Assembly (NCBI RefSeq): GCF_036365525.1
Contig: NC_090415.1
Location: 13,144,001-13,208,000, forward strand
DNA: 64,000 nt
Direction: 5' to 3'
DNA from: Heterodontus francisci
Taxonomy: Eukaryota
Shown here: piece by piece, positions 47,169 to 61,269 of the stretch
How the letters are laid out: every line of letters starts with the position of its first letter
Numbering within the stretch: position 1 is the stretch's first letter
Notes under the pieces: generated by a model
Database searches by the model: none
The model's input: only the letters and a program-made list of their open reading frames with translations
Told to the model about the DNA's origin: nothing
Position numbers and translations under genes: made by a program

Positions 47169-49396
47169 AAAGAACAAAGAACAAAGAAAATTACAGCACA
47201 GGAACAGGCCCTTCGGCCCTCCAAGCCTACGCCGATCCAAATCCTCTATCTAAACCTGTCGCCTATTATCTAAGGGTCTGTATCTCTTTACTTCCTGCCC
47301 ATTCATGTATCTGTCTAGATACATCTTAAAAGAAGCTATCGTGCCCGCGTCTACCACCTCCGCTGGCAATGCGTTCCCTGCACCCACCACCCTCTGCGTA
47401 AAGTACTTTCCACGCATATCCCCCCTGAACTTTTCCCCTTTCACTTTGAACTCATGTCCCCTTGTAATTGAAACCCCCACTCTGGGAAAAAGCTTCTTGC
47501 TATCCACCCTGTCTATACCTCTCATGATTTTGTACACCTCAATCAGGTCCCCCCTCAACCTCCGTCTTTCTAATGAAAATAATCCTAATCTACTCAACCT
47601 CTCTTCATAGCTAGCGCCCTCCATACCAGGCAACATCCTGGTGAACCTCCTCTGCACCCTCTCCAAAGCATCCACATCCTTTTGGTAATGTGGCGACCAG
47701 AACTGCACGCAGTATTCCAAATGTGGCCGAACCAAAGTCCTATACAACTGTAACATGACCTGCCAACTTTTGTACTCAATACCCCGTCCGATGAAGGAAA
47801 GCATGCCGTATGCCTTCTTGACCACTCTATTGACCTGCATTGCCACCTTCAGGGAACAATGGACCTGAACACCCAAATCTCTCTGCACATCAATTTTCCC
47901 CAGGACTTTTCCATTTACTGTACAGTTTATTCTTGAATTGGATCTTCCAAAATGCATCACCTCGCATTTGCCCTGATTGAACTCCATCTGCCATTTCTCT
48001 GCCCAACTCTCCAGTCTATCTATATTGTGCTGTATTCTCTGACAGTCCCCTTCACTATCTGCTACTCCACCAATCTTAGTGTCGTCTGCAAACTTGCTAA
48101 TCAGACCTCCTATACTTTCCTCCAAATCATTTATGTATATCACAAACAACAGTGGTCCCAGCACGGATCCCTGTGGAACACCACTGGTCACACGTCTCCA
48201 TTTTGAGAAACTCCCTTCCACTGCTACTCTCTGTCTCCTGTTGCCCAGCCAGTTCTTTATCCATCTAGCTAGTACACCTTGGACCCCATGCGCCTTCACT
48301 TTCTCCATCAGCCTACCATGGGGAACCTTATCAAACGCCTTACTGAAGTCCATGTATACGACATCGACAGCCCTTCCCTCATCAATCAACTTTGTCACTT
48401 CCTCAAAGAATTCTATTAAGTTGGTAAGACATGAACTTCCCTGCACAAAACCATGTTGCCTATCACTGATAAGCCCATTTTCTTCCAGATGGGAATAGAT
48501 CCTATCCCTCAGTATCTTCTCCAGCAGCTTCCCTACACTGACGTCAGGCTCACCGGTCTATAATTACCTGGATTATCCCTGCTACCCTTCTTAAACAAGG
48601 GGACAACATTAGCAATTCTCCAGTCCTCTGGGACCTCACCCGTGTTTAAGGATGTTGCAAAGATATCTGTTAAGGCCCCAACTATTTCCTCTCTCGCTTC
48701 CCACAGCAACCTGGGATAGATCCCATCCGGACCTGGGGACTTGTCCACCTTAATGCCTTTTAAAATACCCAACACTTCCTCCCTCCTTATGCCGACTTGA
48801 CCTAGAGTAATCAAACATCTGTCCCTAACCTCAACATCCGTCATGTCCCTCTCCTCGGTGAATACCGATGCAAAGTACTCGTTCAGAATCTCACCCATTT
48901 TCTCTGACTCCACGCATAGCTTTCCTCCTTTGTCCTTGAGTGGGCCAATCCTTTCTCTAGTTACCCTCTTGCTCCTTATATATGAATAAAAGGCTTTGGG
49001 ATTTTCCTTAACCCTGTTTGCTAAAGATATTTCATGACCCCTTTTAGCCCTCTTAATTCCTCGTTTCAGATTGCGCCTACATTCCCGATATTCTTTCAAA
49101 GCTTCGTCTTTCTTCAGCCGCCTAGACCTTATGTATGCTTCCTTTTTCCTCTTCGCTAGTCTCACAATTTCACCTGTCATCCATGGTTCCCTAATCTTGC
49201 CATTTCTATCCCTCATTTTCACAGGAACATGTCTCTCCTGCATGCTAATCAACCTCTCTTTAAAAGTCTCCCACATATCAAATGTGGATTTAACTTCAAA
49301 CAGCTTCTCCCAATCTACATTCCCCAGCTCCTGCCGAATTTTGGTGTAGTTGGCCTTCCCCCAATTTAGCACTCTTCCTTTAGGACCACTCTCGTC
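47169..49396 (-). mobile_element. young CR1, duplicate of 8550-10778
   Basis: ORFs 47250-48446 and 48533-49741 separated by a 1-nt deletion near 48535; identical insertion junctions. Confidence 0.95.
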
Positions 49397-50509
49397 TCCT
49401 GGCCCAGTAACCCAGTTCACTTCAGCCAGCTCAGCTTTCGTGCCCACATATCTGCCCTTATTTAAGTTTAAAATACTAGTCTTACATCCACTTCTCTCAT
49501 TTTCAAACTGGATGCAAACCTCAATCATATTGTGATCATTGCTACCAAGAGGTGCAGATACTCTGAGGTCATTAATTAATCCTGTCAAATTACACAATAC
49601 CAAGTCTAATATAACCTGCTCGCTGGATGGTTCTAGAAGATGCTGCTCAAAGAAACTACTTCGAAAGCATTCTATGAACTCCTCATACCGGCTTCTATTA
49701 CCAATCTGATTTTTTCCAGTTTTTATGAAGATTAAAATCACCCATGATTATTTCCATCTCTTTATCACAAGCACCCATTAGTTATTCTTGTAGACTTCAT
49801 CCTACATTGTGATTACTGTCTGCGGGCCTGTAGACTACTCCCACTAGTGCCTTTTTTCCCTGACTGTTCCTCATCTCCAGCCAAACCAATTCTACATACT
49901 GATCTCCTGAACCAAGGACATGTCTAACTATTGCACTAATGCCAATCTTGATTAACAGTGCCACCCCTCCAACTTTACCTAGCTTCCTATTCTTCTTGAA
50001 TGTTTCACACCCCTCAATATTGAGGACACAATCCTTGTCATCCTGCAGCCATGTCTCCATAATGGCTATTAGATCATATTTATTTCCTTCAACATGTGCT
50101 ATCAGTTTCTTTACTTTGTTATGAATGCTCTGTGCATTCACATACAGAGCCTTTAGTTTTATCTTTTTGTTATCTTTGTAACATCTAGTGTTGACTGTTG
50201 GTCAGCTCTTAGTTTTTTTTTCCTCTGTGTCCCTTCCTGCCATTCTCTGGCCTTCATTTCCCCGGTTACTATTCTGTTTTCCTGCCTTGACTCTATTCCT
50301 TGATTTGTTACATCTGCTAAAGCTTGTTCCTCTACCCCTTTGTTTAGATCAAGTAACTCTCTACATCCCTAGTTATACGGTTTGCTCGAACACTGGTCCC
50401 AGTTTGGCTCAGGTATAAACTGTCCGAACGGTACAGCCTCCACTTTCCCTAGTACTGGTGCCAGTGCCCCACAAACTGAACCTGACTTCTCCCACACCAG
50501 TCTTGGTGG

Positions 50510-52330
50510 GTGTAAGTTTCACTGTATATCTCTCAATCCCTAGTCTACAATTTACCTCTGTCATTTTTGGATTTTGAGTGTGGCTTTAACTGTACCTGTC
50601 AGTTTGTTTTATGTGAGAAACGTCTTATTCTGTACCTTTCAGCTTCTGTTGTGTGTGTGTTCTGGCTTGTACTTTGTCCCCATCAGTATACGGTATGTGA
50701 GTGTGGATTTGACAGTTAATATTACATTCTTGTGTATATGAGTGGGAGTTCACACTTTATCTTTGATTGTCAAGCAGCCAATTTAAGTTTTAACCTGTGC
50801 CCTTAAATGTCTCATGTGTAGCTGTGGTTTTTAACCTGTCTCTGTCACTGTCTGATATAAGATTAAGGGTTTCACTCTGGTTTTTGAGTGTGGATTTTAC
50901 ACCACATCTCTACATTCTCTCGGATGTGAATGTGAATTTTAATCTGTACATGCCAGTTTCTGACATTTGGCTGTGAGGTTTACTTTGTACATTGTCATTC
51001 TCTGATATGTGACTGACAATTTTATTCTGAACTTGTCAGTTTATTTTCTATCTGTGTGAGTTTTAACCTGTATCTGTCAGTGTCTGATATATGAATCTTC
51101 TTAATTATGTGTGTGTTGCTCTGTTTCTGTCAGTGTCTGAAGTGCAATTGTCAGGTTTACTTTGTACCTGTCAGTGTCTGTTGCAGATGAGAGTTAACTC
51201 TCTAACTGTTAACTTCTTGTAATTTATTATGGATTTCACTCTGTGTCTGTCAGTCTCTCGTTGTTAAGTGCGGCATTTATACTGTATCTCCTCATTTCTG
51301 ATGTGTGGATGTAGATATTAATGTGTACCTGTTGATTTCTCCTATGCAAGTCTGGGCTAAAATCTGTTTCTGCCAGTTTCTCATATGTGAGGGTGGCATT
51401 TATTCAGTACCTGTTACTGTCTGAATTGTGGGAAGGTTTTAATCTTTCTCTGTCAGTTGCTGGTATGTGAATGTGGATTTATTCTGGATCTTTCGATCTT
51501 TGGAATTTGAGTCCGTGCTTTACCCTATTTTGCTTCTGTTAAGTGAATGAGGGATTAAATTTGTCCCGGCGCATTGATAGTAAATGAATGTAGTTTTTAG
51601 TCTGTATCTGTCAGTTTATGAAAAATGAATTTGGTTTTATTTCTCTGTCTGCCAGATTCTGATATGTGACTGTTGTTTTATTCTGTACCTGTTATTTTCT
51701 GGGATATGATTGTGGTTTTTGATCTGTATCTGTCAGTTTCTATTACTTGAGTGAGTTTTACTTTGCACCAGTTGTCTTCTGGTATGTGAGTGTTGCTTTT
51801 AAGCTGGACCCGTAAAGTTAAGGTAATATAGTGTGGGTTTATTCTGTATCTATCAAACTCTAGTGTGTGACATGGGGCCTTTCTCTGAATCTGTCGATTT
51901 CAGCTCTGTAACTGTAAGTTTTAATCTGCAACTTACAGTTCCTGATAGGTGTGTGAGCACATTTTCTTTTCTTCTGCAGCTATCAACGTCTACTACATGA
52001 GTATGTGTGTTATTCTTATCTTTCAATTTCTGTCATTGAAGAATTGCTTTTCCTTTGAACTTCTCAGTCTCTGCAATGTGTCCATGGGTTTTACATGGTA
52101 ACTGTCTCTGTTAAGTGACTCTGGTGTGATTCTCTATCCGACAGTCTCTTGCATGTGAGTGGTTTTATTTTCTTCTCTGTAACTGTCAGTTTCCCATCAG
52201 TGGCTGGAGGTTTTAATCTTTACTTAAGCTCTTTAATAATTTGTGAATGTGAATTTCACTCTGGGTCTGTCTGTTTACATTCTATGAATGTGTTTATTTT
52301 CATTTTGTAAACATCAGTTTCAGGTATGTG
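50510..52330. repeat. degenerate ~40-41 bp tandem repeat block
   Basis: copy of 11890-13710. Confidence 0.8.
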
Positions 52331-54429
52331 AGGGTGAGATTCTCTGTCTCCAGGATGCATCCCTCTTGTGAAATTGACAGACTGCCTTTTAATCTGATAG
52401 TGGGTTCTGCTTTTGAACTTTACCTAACTTTCAGCAGTATTGATTTGGAATGGATTGGATACAATGTCTGTCTCTTCTGATTTGTTTGATTGCTGAATTG
52501 GAAATGTGTCTCTGAACTTGGGATCAGTGAGAGTTTCACTACATCTGCTCCTTGTGACTATGGAATGAAATGAAGGCCTAAAGGAGTGGTACTGTACCTT
52601 GTCAGTGATGGAAGGAGCCGACTGCACTTTCCCTTGTTCCTGGGAATCATCACATTCATTCTGCTCCCTTGAACTATTCACCGACAGTAAGGAAGAAAAC
52701 TATGTCTTGTAAGTCACGAGCAGTTGAGGTGGAAGCTGGAAAAGAGGTTAATGTAACATTTCAATTAATAATCATGATGACTAATCACAAATGCTAACCA
52801 GAAATACAAAGAATGTCACTGTCTGATTCCACTGCAGCTCTCAGCATCTGCTGACGAGGTGTCCTGGCAGTTCCATAACAATTTTGAGACATCCAGAAAC
52901 AAGCCAACATCTACACTGCTCCAAGGTTGGAACGATCTGATGGAGCAGGGATATTTGTGCAGGTCAGCTTTCTATTTCCATCTGGCATTATAATATAATG
53001 ACCCAAGAACTAGGAGCATGAGTAAGCCATTCAGCCTCTCGCGCCTGATCCACCATTCAATAAGATCATGTCGGATTTGACCTTGGCTTCATTTCCATTA
53101 TCCTGCCTGGCCAAAAACCCATTACTCCCTTGTAGATCAAAAGTTTAACTCATCCTTGAATATATTTCATTTTCCAGCCCCCACTACTCTCTGGTGCAGA
53201 GAATTCCATCGATTAATGATGCTTTGAGAGAAGAAATTCTTCCTTACCTCTGTCTAAAATGGTAGACCCCTTATTCTGAAACTGTGCGGCGTGGTTCTTG
53301 ATTCCCTCAGGAGGGGAGATATCTTCTCAGCATCTACTCTGTCAAGACCCCTCAGAATCTTACACTTTTCAATAAGATTAGCTCTGATTATTACTAATTC
53401 CAATGTTTGTAACACAAACTGCTCAACCTTTTGCTCATAAGACAGCCTCTTCATCTCAGGAACCAACCGAACGAATCTTGCCTGAACTGCATCCAATGCA
53501 CGTATGCACGAAGGAGACCACAACTGTATCCACTATTCCAGGTAAGGTCTCACCAACACCCCGCAAATTTGTAGCAAAACTTTCCTCCATTTATATTCCA
53601 TCTCCCTTGCAGGTAATGCCAAAAGTCCAGCTCTGTTTTCACTATTCACTTTTCAATAACAACAAACAGCGTGAAACCAGAGCTAAACCAGGAACAAGCA
53701 TTACAGGTTTGAGAAACTATTTTTTTGTTCATTACTTCTGCCATTTCCTTATTACCAAACTTGAACTTACAATTTACATTCGCAACACTCACTTTCCTTG
53801 CACTTTGCCTTTTCAAATGCCTGCAGAAACCCTTGCTATCCGTTATTACATTTCTAGTTAGCTTACTCCCATGTTCTAATTTCTTTGCCCCTGATTAACC
53901 TTTGGTCAGAATATATAGAATGGCACAGAATGACTCAATCATCTGACCTGCCACTCATCTTTGCACAATTCTCTGCCTTTTCATTCAGGTTGATGCCTTC
54001 CTTAACTTCTTTAATCAACCATGGATGGGGATCCTCCCCTTGGAATTATTCATTACCGTAGGTATATACTTATTTTAAGTATTCTGAAATATCCACTTAA
54101 ATGTCTGCCACTGCTTCTCAATTGATCAATTGATCCCAGTTCACTTCAGCTAGCTCAGCTTTCATGCCCACATAGTTGCCTTTATTTAAGCTTAAAATAT
54201 TAGTCTTAGACCCACTCCTCTCACTTTCAAACTGGATGCAAACTTCAATCATATTGTGATCATTGCTACCAAGAGGTGCATTTACTCTGAGGTCATTAAT
54301 TAATCCTGTCAAATTGCACAATGCCAAATCGAGCAAGTTCTAGAACATGCTGCTGGAAGAAACTATCTCGAAAGCACTCTATGAACTCCTCATACAGGCT
54401 TCTATTACCAATCTTATTCTTTCCAGTTT

Positions 54430-54776
54430 ATAATTATTTACTTTAGACATGCAGCATTGAAACAGGCCCTTCAGTCCATCGAGTCTGTGCCAACCATCAA
54501 CCACCCATTTATACTAATCCGACATTCATCCCATATTCCTACCCCATCCCCACCTTTCCTCAATTCTCCTATCACCTACCGAAACTCGGGGCAATTTATA
54601 ATAGCCAATTTACCTATCAACCTGCAAGCCTTTGGCTGTGGGAGGAAACTGGAGCACCTGGCGAAAACCCACAGAGTCACAGGGAGAACTTGTAAACTCC
54701 GCACAGGCAGTACCCAGAATTGGACCTGGGTCGCTGGAGCTGTGAGGCTGTGGTGCTAACCACTGCACCACTGTGT
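54430..54776 (-). mobile_element. HE1-like V-SINE, duplicate of 15815-16161
   Basis: same site and sequence. Confidence 0.88.
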
Positions 54777-55554
54777 TGTTTAAAAACACCTGTGATTCTT
54801 TCCATCTCATTATCACAAGCACCCAATAGATATTCTTGTATCCTTCATCCTAAATTGTGATTACTGTCTGGGGGCCTGTAGACTGTTCTGACTAGTGCCT
54901 CTTTCCCTGACTATTCCTCATCTCCACTCAAACCGATTCTACATCCTGATCTCCTGAACCAAGGTCATGTCTAACAATTGCACCAATACGATCCTTGATT
55001 AACAGTGCCAGCTCTCCACCTTTACCTAGCTTCCTATTCTTCTTGAATGTTACATATCCCTCAATATTGAGAACCCAATCCTTGTCATCCTGCAGCCATG
55101 TCTCCATAATGGCTATTAGATCATATGTATTTACTTCAACATGTGCTATCAGTTCCTCTACTTTGTTATGAATTCTATGTGCATTCACATAAAGGGCCTT
55201 TGGTGTTATCTTTTTGTTATCTTTGTCACATCTAGTGTTGACTGTTGGTCTGCTCTTTGGTTATTTCTCTCTGCCCCTTCCTGCCATTCTTTGGCCTTCA
55301 TTTCCCATATTACTATTGTGTTCTCCTGCCTTGACTCTACCCCTTGATTTGTTACATCCACTAAAGCTTGATGCCTCTACCACTTTGTTTAGATCAAGTA
55401 CCTCTCTACATCCCTAGTTATATGGTTTTCTCGAACACTGGTCCCAGCTTGGTTCAGGTGTAGACTGTCCGAATGGTACAGCCTCCACTTTCCCTAGTAC
55501 TGGTGCCAGTGCCCCACAAACTGAACCTGACTTCTCCCACACCAGTCTTGGTGG

Positions 55555-57370
55555 GTGGTGTTTCACTGTATATCTCTCAATCCCTGGTCTACAATTTACC
55601 TCTATCAGTCTCGTATTTTGAGTGTGGCTTCATCTGTACCTGTCAGTTTGGTTTATGTGAGAAACGTCTTATTCTGTACCTTTCAGCTTCCGGTGTCTGT
55701 GTATCTGGCTTGTAATTGGTCCCCATCAGTATGTGGTATGTGATTGTGGACTTGACACAATATTACATTCTTGGGTGTATGAGTGGGGGTTCACACTTTA
55801 TCTTTGATTGTCTAGTATACCAATTTAAGGTTTAACCTGTGCCCTCAAATGTCTAATGTGTAGCTGAGGCCTTGAACCTGTCCCTGTCTGGTATAAGAGT
55901 AAGAGTTTCAGTGTGGATTTTACACCACATCTCTCCATGCTCTCGGATGTGAATGTGATTTTTAATCTGTACATGCCAGTTTCTGACACTGGCTGTGAGG
56001 TTTACTTTGTACATTGTCATTCTCTGAAATGTGACTGCCAATTTTATTCTGAACCTGTCAGTTTTTTTTCTGTGTGTGAGTTTTAACCTGTATCTGTCAG
56101 TATCTGATATATGAATGTTCTTAATTATGTGTGTGTTGTTCTGTGTCTATCAGTGTCTGAAGTGCAATTGTCAGGTTTACTTTGTACCTGTCAGTGTCTG
56201 TTATGGATGAGAGACTTTCACTCTCTGTTAACTTCTTGCAATTCACTATGGACTTCACACTGTGTCTGTCAGTCTCTGGTAGGTAAATGTGGCATTTATA
56301 CTGTATCTCCTAATTTCTGATATGTGAATGTAGATTTTAATGTGTACCTGTTGATTTCTCCTATGCGAGTCTTTTTACAATCTGTTTCTGCCAGTTTCTC
56401 ATATGTGAGGGTGGTATGTATTCTGTACCTGTTACTTTGCGAAATGTGGGAGGATTTTAACCTTTCTCTGTCAGTTGCTGGTATGTGAATGTGAGTTTAT
56501 TCTCGATCTTTCAATCTTTGGAATTTGAGAACATGCTTTACCCTATATCTGTTTGCTTCTGTTAAGTGAATGAGGGATTAAATCTGTACCTGTCCATTGA
56601 TAGTAAATGAATGTAGTTTTTAGTCTGAACCTGTCAGTTTATGGAAAATGAAAGTGGTTTTATTTCACTATCTGACAGATTCTGATATCTGACTGTTGTT
56701 TTATTCTTTACCTGTTATTTTCTGGGATATGATTGTGGTTTTTGATCTGTACCTATCAGTTTCTGTTACTTGAGTGAGTTTTACTTTGCACCAGTTGTCT
56801 TCTGGTATGTGAGTGTCAGTTTTAAGCTGCACCTGGATGATAGGTTAAACCTTAAGGTATGATGTTGTGGGTTTATTCTGTCTCTTTCAAATTCTATTCT
56901 GTGACATGGGGCCTATCTCTGAATCAGTCGATTTCTGCTCTGTAACTGTACGTTTTAATATGCAGCTTACAGTTCCTGATAGGTTTATGAGCATATTTTC
57001 TTTGTCTGCAGTTATCAATGTCTATTACATGAGGATGTGTGTTATTCCTAGATTTCAATTTCTGTTATTGAAGAAGTGATTTTCCTTTGTGCTTCTCTGG
57101 CTCTGCAATGTGTCCATGGCTGTTACTGGTAACTGTCTGTCTCTGTTAGGTGACTCTGGTTTTATTCTCTATCGGACAGTCTCTTGCCTGTGAGTGGTTT
57201 CATTTTCTTCTCTGTATCTGTCAGTTTACTTTCTGTGGCTGAAGGTTTTAATCTTTACTTAAACTTTTTAATAATTTGGAAATGTGAATTTCACTTTGTG
57301 CCTGTCTGTTTATATTATATGAATGTGTTTATTTTTATTTTGTCAACATCAGTTTCAGGCATGTGAGGGT
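55555..57370. repeat. degenerate ~40-41 bp tandem repeat block
   Basis: copy of 16940-18750. Confidence 0.8.
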
Positions 57371-58799
57371 GAGATTCACTGTCTCCAGGATGCACCCTCT
57401 TGTGAGATTGACAGAGTGCCTTTTAATCTGATAGTGGGTTCTGCTTTTGAACTTTACCTAACTTTCAGCAGTATTGATTTGGAATGGATTGGATACAATG
57501 TCTGTCTCTTCTGATTTGTTTGATTGCTGAATTGGAAATGTGTCTCTGAACTTGGGATCAGTGAGAGTTTGACTACATCTGCTTCTTGTGACAATGCCAT
57601 GAACTGAAGGCCTATGGGAGTGGTACTGTACCTTGTCTGTGATGGAAGGAGCCGACTGCACTTTCCCTTGTTCCTGGGAATCATCACATTCATTCTGCTC
57701 CCTTGAACTATTCACCAACAGAAAGGAAGAAAACTATGTCTTGTAAGTCACGAGCAGTTGAGGTGGAAGCTAGAAAAGAGGTTAATGTAACATTTCAATT
57801 AATAATATTTATGACTAATCACAAATGCAAACCAAAAATACAAAAAATATCACTGTCTGATTCCACTGCAGCTCTCAGCATCTGCTGACGAGGTGTCTTG
57901 GCAGTTTCACAACAATTTTGGGACATCCAGAAACAAGCCAACATCTACACTGCTCCAAGGTTGGGACGACCTGATGGAGCAGGGATATTTGTGCAGGTCA
58001 GGTTTCTATTTCCATCTGGCATTATAATGTAATAACCTAAGAACTAGGAGCAGGAGTCAGCCATTCAGCCTCTCCAGCCTGATCCACCATTCAATAAAAT
58101 TATGTCTGATTTGATCTTGGCTTCAGCTCCATTATCCTGCCTGGCTAAAAACCCATTACTCCCTTGTAGATAAAAAAAAAACTCATCCTTGAATATATTT
58201 AATCATCAGCATCCACTGCTCTCTTAGGTATAAAATTCCTTAGATTAATGACGCTTTGAGAGATGAAATTCTTCCTTACCTCCGTCTAAAATGGGAGACT
58301 CCTTATTCTGAAACTGTGCGGCGTGGTTCTTGATTCCTTCAAGAGGGGAGATATCTTTGCAGCATCTACTCTGTCAAGACCCCTCAGAATCTTACATTTT
58401 TTCGATAAGATTAGATCTGATTATTACAAACTCCAATGAGTGTAACACAACCTGCTCAACCTTTTGCTCATCACGCAACCTATTCATCGCAGGAAGCAAC
58501 CGAACGAACCTTGCCTGAACTGCATCCGATGCACGTATACATCCCTCATCAGCGCAGGAGACCACAACTGTATCCAGTAATCCAGGTGAGGTCTCAACAA
58601 CACCCTGCAGAGTTGTAGAAAGACTTTCCTACATTTATATTCCATCCCCCTTGCAATAAATGCCAACAGTCAGGCTCTGTTTTCACTATTCACTTTTCAA
58701 TAACAACAAACAGCGTGAAATAGGAGCTAAACCAGGGACAAGTATTACAGGATGAGGAGAGAAAACAGCCATGAAATTCAACAGCAACTTCTTCACCTT

Positions 58800-59105
58800 T
58801 TGTCTCACTTACGCAGTGCACACGCAGCCCGAAAAATACCTCTGCCTTCCGCCGCTCACTCCATGTTACAGGATCACTTCCTGCCTCACTCTGTCACTTG
58901 CAAACAAATGACGTTCAGCAGCCGAGCTGGCGGAAGGGAGCGCATGCGTTCTCAAGGTTCGCAAGAATCAGCGGTGTAGGCGGGGCTATGCCGCGCATGC
59001 GCTTCTTTCGGCAAGGTTGTGAAATTCAATAAAATCAATTGGAACTTTATCCAGTTCAGTTTTTTTCACATTTTGAGCAATGAAACCGGGGCTGTGGGTA
59101 AGATA
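58800..59105. promoter_or_regulatory. second copy of the NRF1/Sp1 promoter, with an internal deletion
   Basis: GCGCATGCGT 58940-58949, GGCGGGG ~58979-58985, GCGCATGCGC 58993-59002; minus-strand donor GTAAGT at 58812. Confidence 0.6.
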
Positions 59106-59535
59106 GTGATGTTTCCCTTCTGGGAGATTACCCCTTTGTGAAGTTCAACTTGAGATTATTCTCTGCAGTATGCTTGCTGTCCTTCAGCCCGGCTTCTCAA
59201 AGCAATCCTCTGAGGGAGTCGGTGTGTTTGCTGGGATCGCGCAGGAGTTAATATCTGACAATAACAGTCCTACATTCATGTCAGCAGATTTAAACTGTCG
59301 GTCACTGAGAGTCATAGCGAACGGTTTGAGCTGAAAGATTGCAGAGAGCTCAACAGGGCAGAAACAAGTTAAATTTGGGACATTGTGTGCCTCACTTTCG
59401 GACACGTCCTCGGAATGTGAGATTAATAATGTGGCTGCCTGTTGCACCATATCAGTGAGAGATGAGTTTGTATCGTCGCTCTCCCCTGGCGGAACTTTCG
59501 AGATGAAACAAATCTTACAGTTCAGCCTACAACTC

Positions 59536-61268
59536 AATAATTACAGGCTCAGTCGTGGGCAAAATATTGGAATTCATTCAGAGAGACAGGATAAACTGTC
59601 ACTTAGAAAGGCAAAGATTAATCAAGCACAGTCAGCGTGGATTTGTGAAGGGAAGATCTCGTCTGATCAACTTGATCCAATTTTTTGAAGAAGTAACAAG
59701 GAAGTTGTATGATGGCACTGTAGTTGATGCGGTCTAGATGGATTTTAGCAAGGATTTTGACAAGGTCCCACATGGCAGACTGGTTAAAAAAAATAAAATC
59801 CCGCGTGATCCAGGAAAATGCAGTAAGGTGGATGCAAATTAGGTTTAGTGGCAGGCAATAAATGGTAATTGTTAACGGGTGTTTTTTGCGATTGGAGGGC
59901 TGTTTCCATTGGTGTTCCGCTTGGCTCAGGACTGGGTCACCTGCTCATTGTGGTATATATTAATGATTTGAACGTAAATGAACGGAACATGAATAAGAAG
60001 CTTACAGATGACATAAAAATTGGTCGTGTGATAGAAAACGAGGAGGACTGCTGTAGGCTGCAGGAAGATGTTGATGGTCTGGACATATGAGCAAAAAATG
60101 GCAAATGGAATTCAACCCGGATAAGTGTGAGGCGATGCATTTTGGGAGGTCAAACAAGGCAAAGGAATACACGATTAATGGGAATATACTGAGTTGTGTC
60201 GAGAATGTGAGGGACCTTGGAGTAAATTTCCACTGACCCAGAAGGTCGCAGGACAGGTCGACAAGGTGGTTAAGAAGGCATATGGAATCCTTCCCTTTAT
60301 TAGCTGAGGTATAGAATATAATAGCAGGAAGGTTATCCTGGAAATATATCAATCATTGGTTAGGCCACAAATTGAGTACTGTGTGCAGTTCTCATCACCT
60401 CATTATAGAAGTGATCTAATTGCATTAGAGAGGGTACAGAGGAGATTTACGAGGACATTTTCGGGACCTAAAAATGGAGCTATGAGGAAAGATTGGGTGG
60501 GCTGGGATGTTCTCCTTAGAACAGAGAAGGGCAGATCTGATTGAGATATATCACATTTTGAGAGGCCCGGATAGAGTGGAGGTCAATGGCCCATTTACCT
60601 TCATCGAGAGTGACTCGGGGGCAAAGACTTAAAGTGCTTGGTAGAATGATTAGAGGGGAAATAAGGGAAAGTTTTCCTCACCTAGCAATGCAAAACTGGG
60701 CATCCATGAGGGTCTGTGGGCCATTCGGATTAATGTGTACAGTACTGGTCTCCTTATTTAAGTAAGGGTGTAAATGCGTTGGAGGCAGTACAGAGAAGGT
60801 TTACTAGGCTAATGCCTGGAATGGACGGGCTGTCTTAGGAGGAAGGATTGGACAAGCGAAGCTTGTATCCGCTGGAAGAGGAAGATGTGACTTGATTGAA
60901 ACAATAAATATCCTGAGGGGTCTTGACAGGGTGGATGTGGAAAGGATGTTTCCCCTTGTGGGAGAATCTATAACAAGGGGTCACTGTTTAGAAACAAGGG
61001 GTCGCACATTTAAGACAGAGATGAGGAGATTTTTTTTATCAGAAGGTCGTGAGACTTGGGAATTCTCTTGCTCAGAAGGTGAAGGAAGCAGAGACTTTGA
61101 ATATTTTTCAGGTCCAGGTAAATAGATTCTTGACAAGAAAGAGAGTGTAGAAAACCGGGTCATGCTGGAAATGTGGATTAATCAGTTCAGAAATAAACTT
61201 ATTGAATGGCAGAGCAGGCTCGAAGGGCTGAGTGGCCTACTCCTGCTCCTAATTCGTATGTTCGTATA
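59536..61268 (+). mobile_element. decayed CR1 fragments (no RTE insertion)
   Basis: paralog of 21064-23810. Confidence 0.85.
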
Positions 61269-61269
61269 A